Shown piece after piece: positions 29,295-39,580 of a DNA stretch of 64,000 nucleotides. Origin of the DNA: a virus (taxonomy: Duplodnaviria > Caudoviricetes); IMG/VR virus record IMGVR_UViG_3300037067_005096, positions 48,084 through 112,083 of that record; one strand, given 5' to 3'. Position numbers and translations under genes: made by a program. Every line of letters starts with the position of its first letter. Positions within the stretch are counted from its first letter, which is position 1. Under the pieces are notes generated by a model. That model was not told where the DNA came from. It saw nothing but the letters and a program-made list of their open reading frames with translations, and made no database searches.

Positions 29295-30291
29295 TGGATA
29301 ACTCTGCCTCCCACCGGCGAGCTACCGACTCCCAAGAGTAGTTTTCACGCATACGAGTCATCATCTCGACTCGTTCAGCATCCAGGTCACCAGCAGCACT
29401 CATCTTGAGAGCACTGATAAGTTCCTGTGCATAGTACTCATGACTGGTCTTGACACCATATTGCACGGTGTCTACCATACCACCTTGAATGACCACAACA
29501 GGTATAGCTCCACCTATCTGAGCTTTCAAACTGGCTGCCGAGAATGTCTCTGGTGCGAACGTGGATGGGTAACCAAATATATCTGCTCGCAAACACTCAG
29601 CAGCTACATCTCGGTATCCCAATTTACTCATCGGGAGTATACCCAGGGCCTCATTTGCTGGCAGCCAGAACTCCGGTTCCCACCAGAAAGCTGCCAGAGT
29701 CGCATGTGGAACCGCTGCCTTTATGTCCGGCCATATTGCACGAAGACGTTCAAGCCCTCTATGAGGATGTGAGAAGTAGAGAACTCGTCCAGAGATACGC
29801 TCTACCGGAACATCGAACACACTGAGGTCAGTCCCCACCGGACAAATAAATATCTTATCATCTGGGATATGATGGTATAGACTTCGATGATAGCCATTAG
29901 ACAACGCAAACTTGTCGATGTGATTGAATGCACTATCTGGCCGGTCTATCTCCTCTTGGCACGGACAGTGGCAACCTACCGGTATGTCGTGACACCACAG
30001 CCACTTGTGCTTAGCCTGCTTACCGATAAGCAAGTACCAGTTACGCCAGGCTATGATGACATCGGTCGGTGGGAGCTTGTCATAGAATGCGTAGTTACGG
30101 TACTCTACTCCATTATACCGCCCAGCCCGACTGCCGCAGTTGTTGTACACAACTACCTTATGACCGAGCTTTGCAAGTTCTCTGGATAGTAGAATCACGC
30201 ATTCTTCAGACCCACCTATGCCTTTCTCTACATCAGAGTCAACCCACGAATATGGTGGGCCTCCATTACCACACGCAATGACTATCTCCAA
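29284..30291 (-). CDS. Glycosyltransferase (GT-B/GT4-like)
   Basis: GIGGSEE, LWCHD, YFSHPHRGL, YPSTFAPETF...KAQ. Confidence 0.85.
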   Translation of the reverse strand: MEIVIACGNGGPPYSWVDSDVEKGIGGSEECVILLSRELAKLGHKVVVYNNCGSRAGRYNGVEYRNYAFYDKLPPTDVIIAWRNWYLLIGKQAKHKWLWCHDIPVGCHCPCQEEIDRPDSAFNHIDKFALSNGYHRSLYHHIPDDKIFICPVGTDLSVFDVPVERISGRVLYFSHPHRGLERLRAIWPDIKAAVPHATLAAFWWEPEFWLPANEALGILPMSKLGYRDVAAECLRADIFGYPSTFAPETFSAASLKAQIGGAIPVVVIQGGMVDTVQYGVKTSHEYYAQELISALKMSAAGDLDAERVEMMTRMRENYSWESVARRWEAELSNDS

Positions 30292-30304
30292 CTTAGTTGC
30301 CTCC

Positions 30305-30466
30305 CTATTTGGTGTACACCGTCGTGCCTCCGAAATGAGACACTATCCGCTTTGCCAGCTTTTTGCACTTTGGACACAATGTCAAGTTCGGTGCTTTCAT
30401 AGACTGCAGCCTCTCGAACGTGTGCCCACATTTCTTGTCCTGGCACTTATACTCATAAATCGGCAT
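30305..30466 (-). CDS. FmdB-family Zn-ribbon protein (53 aa)
   Basis: Read manually: MPIYEYKCQDKKCGHTFE...CPKCKK. Confidence 0.85.
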   Translation of the reverse strand: MPIYEYKCQDKKCGHTFERLQSMKAPNLTLCPKCKKLAKRIVSHFGGTTVYTK

Positions 30467-31076
30467 CGGAAACTCCTTTCCGCATAACGAGTTCTATTGA
30501 GAACTCTCCTGGAAGTGGTTCTCCCCACGGTCGAAACTCGTAGTTCTCGTCACAGCGTTTCATATAGATAAAGTCTCTAGGAGCATTACCCAGAGCTTGA
30601 TTCACCAGGTCTAAGAGTCCCCAGGTATGTGGTGGGTCACTCCTATCCGGCAGTATGAAACAGCGATGTACTACCGGATTGGCATAGTCACTTGGGTCTA
30701 CCCGTAATGTTCTACTTCGCTCGAACAAGTCTCTGTGTGGAACAAAGAGTATTAGATACCCATTTGACTTGAGAAGCCTCCACCAGTTCTGGATTGCCAA
30801 CACAGGGTCACTTAGATGCTCTAAGCAATGACTGGAATACACAAAGTCATATACCCCGTGTGTTAATCCATTGACGTGAACGGCATCTCCATCACCCCAA
30901 TCCCAGGTTGTTGCGCCATCGAGCGGGTCATCACCACACCCAATATCAATGCCTCTACCTTGACAGTAAGCATCGAAAAAGCCTTCTCGTATTCTACGTT
31001 GTTTGGCCTTAGCTGTCTCTGCCATCATTGCTCTCGACATAGATGACGCCCACACCAGCGTTATTCTGGTTGACAT
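30453..31076 (-). CDS. Class I SAM methyltransferase
   Basis: IDIGCG, YDFVYSSHCLEH, LKSNGYL; start probably MAETAK. Confidence 0.85.
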   Translation of the reverse strand: MSTRITLVWASSMSRAMMAETAKAKQRRIREGFFDAYCQGRGIDIGCGDDPLDGATTWDWGDGDAVHVNGLTHGVYDFVYSSHCLEHLSDPVLAIQNWWRLLKSNGYLILFVPHRDLFERSRTLRVDPSDYANPVVHRCFILPDRSDPPHTWGLLDLVNQALGNAPRDFIYMKRCDENYEFRPWGEPLPGEFSIELVMRKGVSDADL

Positions 31077-31659
31077 CAGCTATGTATTCTCTGGTCAGGT
31101 AACCTTCACCTTGAATCTCATTCCACAACTGTGCTGGCCCCCATTCTAGCGGGCGCAAGTCGTGAATACAGATGATTCCACCCGGTCGAACCAGAGGCCC
31201 CCAGAGCGTGAAATCACGGTAAGCTGATGAATATTGATGGTCACCGTCGATGAATAGCCAGTCTATCTGCTCCACACCGAGAAACGCCATAACCTGCTCT
31301 ACTGTAGCCGGTTCATGTGAACTGGTTTGGAAGAACCGGTATAGCACGTGGTCAGGAACCCATGAGTAGAACTGCTCAGGCGAACCAGTACAACTGGGGT
31401 CTCCAAGTGGGTCAATGGACGCTATCCTGCATCCTGGCTCTGCATTCTTCAACCAGTGCCATAGGCTTCCGCCATTGAATGTGCCAATCTCTACCACGGT
31501 TTGTGGTTTGGCAGCCCTGAACTCTTCGACCAGCTTCATCATCTCCCACGGTCTGCCAAGCGTAGTCACAGGACATTCCTGGGGATTGAAGAATGGGGTT
31601 TTCACAGTCGAGATACCCCAATCATCTCCAGTATCTCGGTTGCTTTTGTCTTTGAACAT
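31009..31659 (-). CDS. Methyltransf_24-type O-methyltransferase
   Basis: VEIGTFNGGS, LFIDGDHQY, PGGIICIHD. Confidence 0.88.
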   Translation of the reverse strand: MFKDKSNRDTGDDWGISTVKTPFFNPQECPVTTLGRPWEMMKLVEEFRAAKPQTVVEIGTFNGGSLWHWLKNAEPGCRIASIDPLGDPSCTGSPEQFYSWVPDHVLYRFFQTSSHEPATVEQVMAFLGVEQIDWLFIDGDHQYSSAYRDFTLWGPLVRPGGIICIHDLRPLEWGPAQLWNEIQGEGYLTREYIADVNQNNAGVGVIYVESNDGRDS

Positions 31660-31668
31660 CGTTGCCTC

Positions 31669-32340
31669 CTATACGTAGACGATGCCAATACCGGCATCAT
31701 TGTCGTTAGCAATAAGTTCCTGACATACAAAGCCAGCTTGTTGTATCTCTGTCCATAGCTGACAAGACCCCAGGTCTCGCGGACGAAGGTCGTGAAGCAC
31801 GATAACTCCACCCGGACTGACCAGCTTACCCCAGTTGTTGAAGTCGGCCTTCGCTGGCTCGTAGAAGTGGTTTCCATCAATAAACAGCCAGTCGATGGCT
31901 CCGTCCAAGAATTCCAACACCTGACTGATTAGTTGGGGGTCTCTCGAATCACCGGGGAAGAATCGAAAAGCGTTGATGTTACCAACCCTAACCCACTCCC
32001 CCCATTGCTCCGGGGAAAATGCTCGCTGCTGTGCTGGGTCATAGAGTTCCGGCAAGTCCACAGAAACTATCTTGCTACCTTCGGCTGCTTGCTGTAGCCA
32101 ATGATAAAGTGTTCCCCCTGAATGAGTGCCAATCTCCACAACCCGCTGAGGTTTACGCTCAGCATAGATACGGAGCAATTGGGCAAGCTCCCACGGATTC
32201 TGTTGTGCCCATACCGGACATGTGGTTGGGTCAAACTGAGGAGTCTTTACTGTCGTCTTACCCCAGTCTCGTTCAGTGTCTCTTCCCTGCACATCATGCA
32301 TACCTGTAAACATTAACATTCCTCCCGCTTGACAATCCAA
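31669..32340 (-). CDS. Methyltransf_24-type O-methyltransferase (paralogue)
   Basis: VEIGTHSGGT, LFIDGNHFY, PGGVIVLHD. Confidence 0.88.
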   Translation of the reverse strand: MDCQAGGMLMFTGMHDVQGRDTERDWGKTTVKTPQFDPTTCPVWAQQNPWELAQLLRIYAERKPQRVVEIGTHSGGTLYHWLQQAAEGSKIVSVDLPELYDPAQQRAFSPEQWGEWVRVGNINAFRFFPGDSRDPQLISQVLEFLDGAIDWLFIDGNHFYEPAKADFNNWGKLVSPGGVIVLHDLRPRDLGSCQLWTEIQQAGFVCQELIANDNDAGIGIVYV

Positions 32341-32864
32341 GCTACGTGTCCTCTACGATGAAAGTCTACCACACTTTGCAGTATCAGAAGCTCAAAGAAC
32401 TCATCCACAGCTTTCTGAACTCCACCACATCCACCAAACCCGTAGTCATGAACTGCGAGAATACCACCCACAACTAATCGGGGAAAGAAGAACTCGATGC
32501 CGGATTTGGTAGACTCATATATATCAGCATCGAGGAATACGAAACAAAAGGTATCCTGATTTATCTCTGGTACTTGTGCCAGACTATCAGGAAATATACC
32601 TGGCGCAAAACGCACATTCGGAAACTCTTCCAGGCGTTTCTGCACAGCGACTAATGAGGTATCTGCGAAGTCAGTAGTGTCAAATCCGTAGTCATCAACA
32701 CCAGCAACACCGAGATTTGGCATACCAGCAAATGTGTCGAACAGGTACAAAGACTTATCAGGTAACGTCTCAGCGATTGCTTGTGCCGAGTTGCCCTGAT
32801 ATACTCCCAGTTCTGCTACATTGCCTGGTAACTCTTTGACCTGTAAACATAACTCTCTTGGCAT
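32313..32864 (-). CDS. TylF/MycF-family sugar O-methyltransferase
   Basis: AELGVYQG, FDTFAGMP, FLDADIYEST, GGILAVHDY. Confidence 0.9.
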   Translation of the reverse strand: MPRELCLQVKELPGNVAELGVYQGNSAQAIAETLPDKSLYLFDTFAGMPNLGVAGVDDYGFDTTDFADTSLVAVQKRLEEFPNVRFAPGIFPDSLAQVPEINQDTFCFVFLDADIYESTKSGIEFFFPRLVVGGILAVHDYGFGGCGGVQKAVDEFFELLILQSVVDFHRRGHVAWIVKREEC

Positions 32865-33046
32865 TACGAAGGTTTCTCCAGTACATTCGACAACACCTCA
32901 AGCAGACGGCGAACCTTAGCTTGCTGTGCTTGATTCTTTTCCCACAAACGCATTGTCCGAGTATTCTTGAGTCGAGCTTCCTGCTTCTCCAGGTGTTCTA
33001 GTCTGGCCTGCAACAAGGCTTGAAGTTTTCGTATAAGCATCATCAT
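32864..33046 (-). CDS. Small coiled-coil hypothetical protein
   Basis: Operon-filling ORF. Confidence 0.5.
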   Translation of the reverse strand: MMMLIRKLQALLQARLEHLEKQEARLKNTRTMRLWEKNQAQQAKVRRLLEVLSNVLEKPS

Positions 33047-33065
33047 TCATCCTTGTTGCCCCCGA

Positions 33066-33890
33066 CTATACCCAATCCACCGGCTTGCTCCTTTCTGGAA
33101 TCTCTCCGGCCAATGTGTCGATGAATCTCCACACGTCAAAAGCCGGGTCTGGCATATCCTGACTCCAGGCTCCGTATGGATTATATTCGTTCTCTTGATG
33201 CCACTCTGGGGATGGCGTATGTTCTGCATTCTCACCCCCAATAGATTGCACACGGGGCAAGACCGGATATATGCTACCCTCCTTCAGGGCTGCATCCATT
33301 CCGTGGTAGAACCACCAGTCAAATCTACCGTTGACCTCTTCACCCCAACGCTCTGCATAAGCAGAACCGTCACCCATTTTCCGCTCATAGCGGTCTTTCC
33401 ACATTGCCCAACCCCAGGGACAGAAACCTCCGCCCATGTGAACCTCGTAAGGTTGAGATTGAAGCACCTGGTTATGAGTTGCTATCTCTGTGTAGCGGTT
33501 ATAACCACACACAGAGATGATTCTTGGCTCTCTGGCGAATCGAACTGCAGCCCACTCAAAGTAACGAAGAGCATCCTTCGAGGGGATAGTGTCATCCTCC
33601 AGAAATATCATATAGTCCGTCATCTCATAGGCTTTAGGAATGATGAACAGCTTGTTTACATCTATCCCTAGCCTGGGATTGTTGATATGGACTTGTGTCT
33701 CACAGGCTTTGAACTCACGAGACATACCGATGACTGTATCGCAGTCTGCTGCATACTGCTCATTGTAGTCACACGAAATGAGCAGCGTGTAGTCTTCGAT
33801 GCCGTAGCATTGTGCCAGAGCCTCAAAGAACCGTTGCGAATACTTTGGTCTGCGATATTGTGTTGTCACCAAGACTTTTCGTAGGTTCAT
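33066..33890 (-). CDS. Glycosyltransferase (GT-A fold)
   Basis: YRRP, IFLEDD, SVCGYN, PWGWAMWKDR. Confidence 0.8.
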   Translation of the reverse strand: MNLRKVLVTTQYRRPKYSQRFFEALAQCYGIEDYTLLISCDYNEQYAADCDTVIGMSREFKACETQVHINNPRLGIDVNKLFIIPKAYEMTDYMIFLEDDTIPSKDALRYFEWAAVRFAREPRIISVCGYNRYTEIATHNQVLQSQPYEVHMGGGFCPWGWAMWKDRYERKMGDGSAYAERWGEEVNGRFDWWFYHGMDAALKEGSIYPVLPRVQSIGGENAEHTPSPEWHQENEYNPYGAWSQDMPDPAFDVWRFIDTLAGEIPERSKPVDWV

Positions 33891-33920
33891 CTAAATGCCT
33901 CCAAGACCATTATACCACGA

Positions 33921-34472
33921 CTATGCCTGAAATAGGTGAATCAAATCCAAGCACAGTGAATGTCCGATTGCCAGGTGAACGTCCTCAATGAGTTGCATGG
34001 ACTCCACGGGCACTGTCAGTGACAACGAAGCTACCTGAGCCAGCTTCCCGCCATCACGTCCACACAGACCTATGGTCAGGCAGCCCTGTCGATTGGCTTC
34101 CTCAACGGCTTTGATGATATTCGGGGAATTGCCGCTGCCGCTGAATGCAATCAAGCCACTTCCCGGATACATCATAGTCTTCAACTGCTCAGAGAAGATA
34201 GATGGGTAATCTACATCATTCCCCATCGCAGTTATAAGCGGCACATTATCAGACAAGCACCGCACTCGAATCCGTTTCCCAGTCCGTTCAGGAACCAGCT
34301 TAGCCAGGTCATTGACAATATGACTGGCGTTAGCCGAACTCCCACCATTTCCGATGAGGAACAGTTCACCGAACCGGTTAGCTACCTCGAAAACGGCTTC
34401 AAGAATCTTGTTGTAGGCATCCATGTCAAGCTGTTCCAGAGCCGCAATCAAGTTCGTCCTATACGTCTTCAT
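33921..34472 (-). CDS. gmhA: Sedoheptulose-7-phosphate isomerase (SIS)
   Basis: GNGGSSANASH, TAMGND, SGSGNSPN, QLIEDVHL. Confidence 0.9.
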   Translation of the reverse strand: MKTYRTNLIAALEQLDMDAYNKILEAVFEVANRFGELFLIGNGGSSANASHIVNDLAKLVPERTGKRIRVRCLSDNVPLITAMGNDVDYPSIFSEQLKTMMYPGSGLIAFSGSGNSPNIIKAVEEANRQGCLTIGLCGRDGGKLAQVASLSLTVPVESMQLIEDVHLAIGHSLCLDLIHLFQA

Positions 34473-35016
34473 CGTGCTCCACCTCGATTTCTTTCCCGCC
34501 TTGAACCATCACAAGTCCAGGAGCTTTCTGGATGAGTCCACTACCCTTACCCCGTCGTTTTTTCTTGGCCTTGTCGATGTCTCTCTGCGCCTTCAATCGA
34601 GCAGCATCCTGTGTAAAGCAGTAAGTCAACTGCTTAGCATAGTACATCTCGATTGGCTGTCCCTTAGCCAGCATATCAGTTATCTGCCTGATAACCTCCC
34701 TGGTAGCAGCACTTTGATGCTCCTTCAGAACGTCCTGTGTGACTGCCATCAGACTCTTGACATCAGACACATTGGCAAACGTTCGCCGGTCTAGCCCCAA
34801 CTCGCGCAGCTTTGCTTTGGCCTGCGCTACTTGGTCAGGTGTGAAGAAGTTCCAATCTCGTGCTTCTGTCACCACCTTCTTTCGACGGCAAATATCACAC
34901 GAACTGTTGTACAGCTTCGTTCCGTGATATTGGGCATCTACCTTGCCTGCCAGGTAAGCACACTCCATGCAAACGAATACTACCCGGTTATGCCCTTTCG
35001 CACTATGTTTACCCAT
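34459..35016 (-). CDS. Hypothetical protein with two CxxC pairs
   Basis: CMEC, CDIC, VTEARDW; shares this motif with the C-terminal half of 41662-42051. Confidence 0.65.
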   Translation of the reverse strand: MGKHSAKGHNRVVFVCMECAYLAGKVDAQYHGTKLYNSSCDICRRKKVVTEARDWNFFTPDQVAQAKAKLRELGLDRRTFANVSDVKSLMAVTQDVLKEHQSAATREVIRQITDMLAKGQPIEMYYAKQLTYCFTQDAARLKAQRDIDKAKKKRRGKGSGLIQKAPGLVMVQGGKEIEVEHDEDV

Positions 35017-35770
35017 CAGACGAGCCTCCTAAGTTTCTAAGGGCTTCTCGAATATCCAGACCATCTATCTCAAAGCCCAGTTTCAACCATCCCCGTGTCT
35101 TTGGCGGGCGAGCGAACAATTCTAATCCCGGTATGTCACCGAACGCCTGGTTGATTCTGTTACGCACCTCTTCAGGCTTCGCAGAATGCTCAGTGACAGG
35201 TGCAAACACGACCTGTTTGACATCCTTTGCATATCGTTTTGGACGGCCCCTCTTTCCCAGCAGAACAAGTTCTACGTTACCATTTGTCCAGTAACCCTGC
35301 CCCGACCGCACTCCACCTTTGAGAATGATGTCCTTGATGCCAAGAGTTCCGACAAAACCTTCTTCAGGAACAGCCACAGCCCGGCTCACATTCATCTTGG
35401 TATCCGGTTTCCATAGCTCTCCTGTCGGATTGAGTTTCACCCAAACAAAAGGCACACACGTGTATTTGAACCCCCATGCAGCCATTACCTGCATTGCTTC
35501 CGGTAGTTTTGGAAGTGTAGCCCACAACAATAGCGAGCAGTCTTTTGCAATTACCCGGTCTATCAAAGGCCGTAATGCACATAGCTCTCGCACACAAAGC
35601 TGTGGGTATGGAGTTCCACCACGAGCAGAATCATAGTTCTGTGGGTTATCATACTCCCAGGGTGGGTCGGCATATAGAATTGGAAAACCGCCATTGAGAC
35701 GCATGTCTACTTCGCTCGCATTCTCTGGTTCACTTCTTCCAGCGTAGGCTGAGGTATCGGAATCGGCCAA
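35009..35770 (-). CDS. MT-A70-family adenine methyltransferase
   Basis: YADPPW, FVWVK, HSAKP, LELFAR. Confidence 0.92.
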   Translation of the reverse strand: MADSDTSAYAGRSEPENASEVDMRLNGGFPILYADPPWEYDNPQNYDSARGGTPYPQLCVRELCALRPLIDRVIAKDCSLLLWATLPKLPEAMQVMAAWGFKYTCVPFVWVKLNPTGELWKPDTKMNVSRAVAVPEEGFVGTLGIKDIILKGGVRSGQGYWTNGNVELVLLGKRGRPKRYAKDVKQVVFAPVTEHSAKPEEVRNRINQAFGDIPGLELFARPPKTRGWLKLGFEIDGLDIREALRNLGGSSDG

Positions 35771-35976
35771 CGCTTCTCGATGTTTTCACCAGCAAAAGAC
35801 GCCCAGAAACCTACCCAGGCAAGACCCTGGTAAAACACAGACACCCAGTTTATCTGGATGGGCTGTGTTGGATTGAGCGTTTTCATCCGATAGAACTGTC
35901 TGCCGGTCAGATACCCAGCGTAAATCCAGGTCACCAGCATCCCGATAAGATACACAATCACTGCTACGATAGTCAC
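35707..35976 (-). CDS. Small membrane protein
   Basis: Two hydrophobic segments. Confidence 0.6.
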   Translation of the reverse strand: MTIVAVIVYLIGMLVTWIYAGYLTGRQFYRMKTLNPTQPIQINWVSVFYQGLAWVGFWASFAGENIEKRWPIPIPQPTLEEVNQRMRAK

Positions 35977-36617
35977 TTCAATTCCTCCTTATTGTAGTAC
36001 TTTTTGAAGTCACTGACCATGTGACGAAACACCTGCTCTCCGGCTCTGGCATCAACGAGAGCAGTATGTTCCTTGCCCTCAAAGTCGAGACCATACCAGC
36101 GCATAATGTCGTTCATTCCACAGCCAGTAGCCGATACAATTCCAAGCCCGGACAAGACCCGGAACATGTTCTTCGTGCAAATCCACTCACACCGCTTATG
36201 TGCAGGTAGCACTTTACCATCTCCAGCCCGATTTGCAAGAGCGGAGAGGAATCCATAGTCGAACTGTGCGTACTGCGCAATGATGTGTCCCTGCCAATTT
36301 CCACCAAGATGAGTGTCCAGGAACATTCTGAACATAGCCCACACTCGCGCCTCTTCTGTGCCATACTCTTGCAAGTATTGCAGAGTCCGGTCTTGAAGCT
36401 GCAAGGCATACGGTGTGTACGCCATGTTAGGATTCGGCTGAATGAGCACCTGAAACTCTTCTTTTCGATACAGAGCACGCTCAAGAAATGGCTGTGTCGG
36501 GTCGAAATCAAACGCCACAGCCGCAATCTCTGTGATGCCATGCACTTGAGGGTCAAGACCCCCGGTCTCTGTGTCTACAAACACATACTTCATTGCTGCT
36601 CCTTTACATACCGCCAT
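35973..36617 (-). CDS. DEDDh 3'-5' exonuclease (DnaQ-like)
   Basis: FVDTETGG, AQFD, HTALVDA. Confidence 0.9.
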   Translation of the reverse strand: MAVCKGAAMKYVFVDTETGGLDPQVHGITEIAAVAFDFDPTQPFLERALYRKEEFQVLIQPNPNMAYTPYALQLQDRTLQYLQEYGTEEARVWAMFRMFLDTHLGGNWQGHIIAQYAQFDYGFLSALANRAGDGKVLPAHKRCEWICTKNMFRVLSGLGIVSATGCGMNDIMRWYGLDFEGKEHTALVDARAGEQVFRHMVSDFKKYYNKEELK

Positions 36618-37321
36618 CGAACTACTCTGTCTGTTTTGCCGTTGACTATACGGTATAACCCCAAGTCTCTTGCTACGGCTTTACTGACATCGAACTGCCA
36701 ACGTCCATGTCGATGTAATGGTAGTCCTCCACGGTCAGATAGAGTACACGTGCTTCGACCATTCTTTCCATACCGTATCTCTACACGGTCTCCAAGAGAC
36801 CCACATCGACAAGCTATCACACGGTCACTATGGTGGAACACCTTACCATTCGCCATAGTGCGCCCTTCAAACTTGTTCGCATACGTCGTGACTACAGCCG
36901 TATTCCAACCCGACTCTACTACTGGGGCAGGAGCTTTCTTAGGCTGTTCAACCACTGCTGGCTTGATGACCTCTTTAGGTTGCTCAACCGGGACTTTAGT
37001 GATAACAGATGCTTTCTTCTTCACTGGTTCTTCTGCTCTAAGCCCTTGATGATTCACTGCAACCAGACCAAACAGATATAAGCTCAGATAAGCCCAAAAT
37101 GCCAGTTTCACGTAGTGCTGCTTATGACTGGTGTTAGCCAGATATATAAGTAGTCCTATTGGAACCACCTTCACAGCAATGAACAACCATACTGACTGGC
37201 TCAAAACCCACCCCATTATGGGGTTTGCTTCTGCTGCTCCCCAACAGTATACCGACAACAGTGTAAGTGCCGTATCAAACAGCACTAGGAATCCGAGTAG
37301 CCAATTGTACCAATAACGCAT
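36590..37321 (-). CDS. Membrane protein fused to RlpA-like double-psi beta-barrel (lytic transglycosylase-like)
   Basis: N-terminal TM with EANP; C-terminal GRTMANG, DRGG, FDVSKAVA. Confidence 0.75.
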   Translation of the reverse strand: MRYWYNWLLGFLVLFDTALTLLSVYCWGAAEANPIMGWVLSQSVWLFIAVKVVPIGLLIYLANTSHKQHYVKLAFWAYLSLYLFGLVAVNHQGLRAEEPVKKKASVITKVPVEQPKEVIKPAVVEQPKKAPAPVVESGWNTAVVTTYANKFEGRTMANGKVFHHSDRVIACRCGSLGDRVEIRYGKNGRSTCTLSDRGGLPLHRHGRWQFDVSKAVARDLGLYRIVNGKTDRVVRWRYVKEQQ

Positions 37322-37326
37322 AACAT

Positions 37327-38358
37327 CTATGTCCTCTCTGGCGGTAAGCCGTATTCATGCAATGTTGACTTGCAGATACTCGTGCCGTGTTGACTTACCA
37401 CTTCGGAGGCACACATAGCCGCAACGCCCAAAACCTCTTTATCACAACGCCCATAAGTAGCGATAGTAGCTACAACCGTGTCACCGGCTCCGGCCACATC
37501 TGCGACCTTGACCGGAACTGCTTCCTGTCTCCAGGGGCCATCAGCTTTCCATAGCTCCATACCCTGGTCACCACATGTAATGAGAATGTCAGGGCCGGTT
37601 TCTAATGGGGTCTTGCCGTAGTCTCTGAATAGAGGTTGATGCATGAAGTTATAGAGCATACCGGCAAGGCTCGCTACATCTGTGCCGTTCCAACTTTGGT
37701 TCCCGAACTGAGTCCAGGCAGCCGCAGCTTCCGACAGATTGTAGATGAGCAAATCCGCCCCCCTATAACAGGGGAGCTTATCCGGTTTGCCGTTGACAAT
37801 AGTATACTTGCCCCGTGTCCGAAACTGCTTCAGTGCATATTCAATCAGTTCCGGTGTGCAAGTTCCTTTTCCATAGTCACTGATGACCAGGGTATCCGCT
37901 CGTTCACAAGCGACATCTAATGAATCTCGTAGATGCACCTGTGCCGTATGGGATAGCTTAGCATGTTGGTCAAGTCTGCCTTCTGTATCAAGTCTGAGCA
38001 TCTGCCGACCAAGCCCGTCCACAAATCGACGTTTCTCAATGGTCACCCAGTAGCCAGCTTCGACCATTAACTTGTGTCCGATAGAGTGGGTGTTGAGGCA
38101 TTCGATGAGAGTACAGCCAACATTGTCTCCGCTCAGCACCCCGATGAGTTCGACATCTAGGCCAAACCCACACTTAATGTTAGCGGCTACATTTGCGGCT
38201 CCTCCGGGAGAATAGGTTTCTTTCTCTCGTGTGCAAATGAGCACAGGAGCTTCTGAGGATATTTTGGTCGGAGAGCAGTGAACCCAAGTATCGAGCATCA
38301 CATCTCCGAACACACAGACAGTTTTCATCGTTGCCTCCACACAGACATTGTAACACAT
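37327..38358 (-). CDS. HldE/RfaE kinase-domain protein (PfkB family, heptose-7-P kinase)
   Basis: GDVMLD, ISSEAPV, GGAANVAAN, QMLRLD, ISDYGKG, DVAGAGDTV. Confidence 0.88.
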   Translation of the reverse strand: MCYNVCVEATMKTVCVFGDVMLDTWVHCSPTKISSEAPVLICTREKETYSPGGAANVAANIKCGFGLDVELIGVLSGDNVGCTLIECLNTHSIGHKLMVEAGYWVTIEKRRFVDGLGRQMLRLDTEGRLDQHAKLSHTAQVHLRDSLDVACERADTLVISDYGKGTCTPELIEYALKQFRTRGKYTIVNGKPDKLPCYRGADLLIYNLSEAAAAWTQFGNQSWNGTDVASLAGMLYNFMHQPLFRDYGKTPLETGPDILITCGDQGMELWKADGPWRQEAVPVKVADVAGAGDTVVATIATYGRCDKEVLGVAAMCASEVVSQHGTSICKSTLHEYGLPPERT

Positions 38359-38392
38359 CGAATCAGTAAAGGCAACCTGGTAATTCTACTGG
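38348..38392 (-). promoter_or_regulatory. Promoter with palindrome
   Basis: CCAGTAGAATTACCAG-G-TTGCCT-17-TACAAT. Confidence 0.72.
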
Positions 38393-39099
38393 TTTTTGTC
38401 GAGCACAACAAGTAGAGAGGTCATAGGTCTGGCCGGTCGAAGCATAACACGCCCATCAGCATAGATGCCAGTTGAACTCCCACCATCCAGAATAGCGGCA
38501 TCAGTACAGTCCAGCTTCTCCATCACATCTTCCATCTTTCCCAAACAGATAGGCACATCAGTAGCAACCAAAACCAGCTTACCATGCTCAGTAATTCCGA
38601 TAGCTGTGCGACTGGCAGTCTTGGCAATGTGCTTGAATCCTTCAGGATTGATAAGTTCCTTGCCATCACGTATCAGAGTAGGGCCAAGCTGCATCCCAAG
38701 CTGAAGAGTAGACTTAGGTGTCTTCTTATATTCTTCTTGGGATATGATACGGAGTGTTTTGGAACCTTTGGGGATGATAAGAGCCGGGCCTATGCAACCA
38801 TCATAGACTACCTTACCATCTATTACAATGTCTCCGACCGGTTTATAGGTCTTGGTATCGTAGAAGTCGCCTGAAATAGCAGCAAGAGGCCGAATGCGTT
38901 CCACCATTGAATCAAACTTCTCACCATGTCCGACACCACCCTTAGCCAGACATACGGTGACCAAAAGAGAATTGCTGGCGGGATTGACCATAACGTGGTG
39001 AATCGGCACGCCAGCAAATGTCCCATGTATGTACTGAATCGGGCTAGATGCACTCATTGCCATAACTAAGAGTAGGCAGAGCGGCTTCATAGTGACCAC
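38386..39099 (-). CDS. Secreted phosphodiester glycosidase (NAGPA-like)
   Basis: Signal peptide, AISGDFY, GPTLI, RTAIG, LDGGSS. Confidence 0.82.
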   Translation of the reverse strand: MVTMKPLCLLLVMAMSASSPIQYIHGTFAGVPIHHVMVNPASNSLLVTVCLAKGGVGHGEKFDSMVERIRPLAAISGDFYDTKTYKPVGDIVIDGKVVYDGCIGPALIIPKGSKTLRIISQEEYKKTPKSTLQLGMQLGPTLIRDGKELINPEGFKHIAKTASRTAIGITEHGKLVLVATDVPICLGKMEDVMEKLDCTDAAILDGGSSTGIYADGRVMLRPARPMTSLLVVLDKNQ

Positions 39100-39160
39100 T
39101 CTCCTGAATGGGATTTGGTACTCTTATTATAGCACCGACCAGATATGCTTTCGCCAGTCT

Positions 39161-39568
39161 CTACGAGAACCAGAGAGGTATTTCTAGTCGAGTTGCTTCA
39201 AGCGAGTCAGACCCATGTACCAGGTTGCACGGTAAGTCACCACCGAAGTCTCCACGGATAGTCCCCGGAGCAGCATCCGCAGGGCTAGTCGCCCCAATGA
39301 TTTCCCTGACCCTGGCAATTGCGTTCTCACCTTCGATTATTACAGCAATCACCAATCCAGAGTGAAGAAACTCTACGTTTCTCCCAAAGAACGGCTTCTC
39401 CACGTGCTCTCGATAGTGAAGTTCACACAGAAACCTGGATGGATACTTAACACTTCTCATCCGTGCCACTTTGAGACCGGCTCTCTCGAAGTAGGTCAGA
39501 ATTGCTCCTACAGCGTTTCGCTTTGTAGCATCAGGTTTGAGAAGCACAAGTGTTCGTTCATCACACAC
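39161..39568 (-). CDS. ndk: Nucleoside-diphosphate kinase
   Basis: TLVLLKPDA, PGTIRGDF, NLVHGSDS. Confidence 0.95.
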   Translation of the reverse strand: MCDERTLVLLKPDATKRNAVGAILTYFERAGLKVARMRSVKYPSRFLCELHYREHVEKPFFGRNVEFLHSGLVIAVIIEGENAIARVREIIGATSPADAAPGTIRGDFGGDLPCNLVHGSDSLEATRLEIPLWFS

Positions 39569-39580
39569 AGTATCGCCCTC

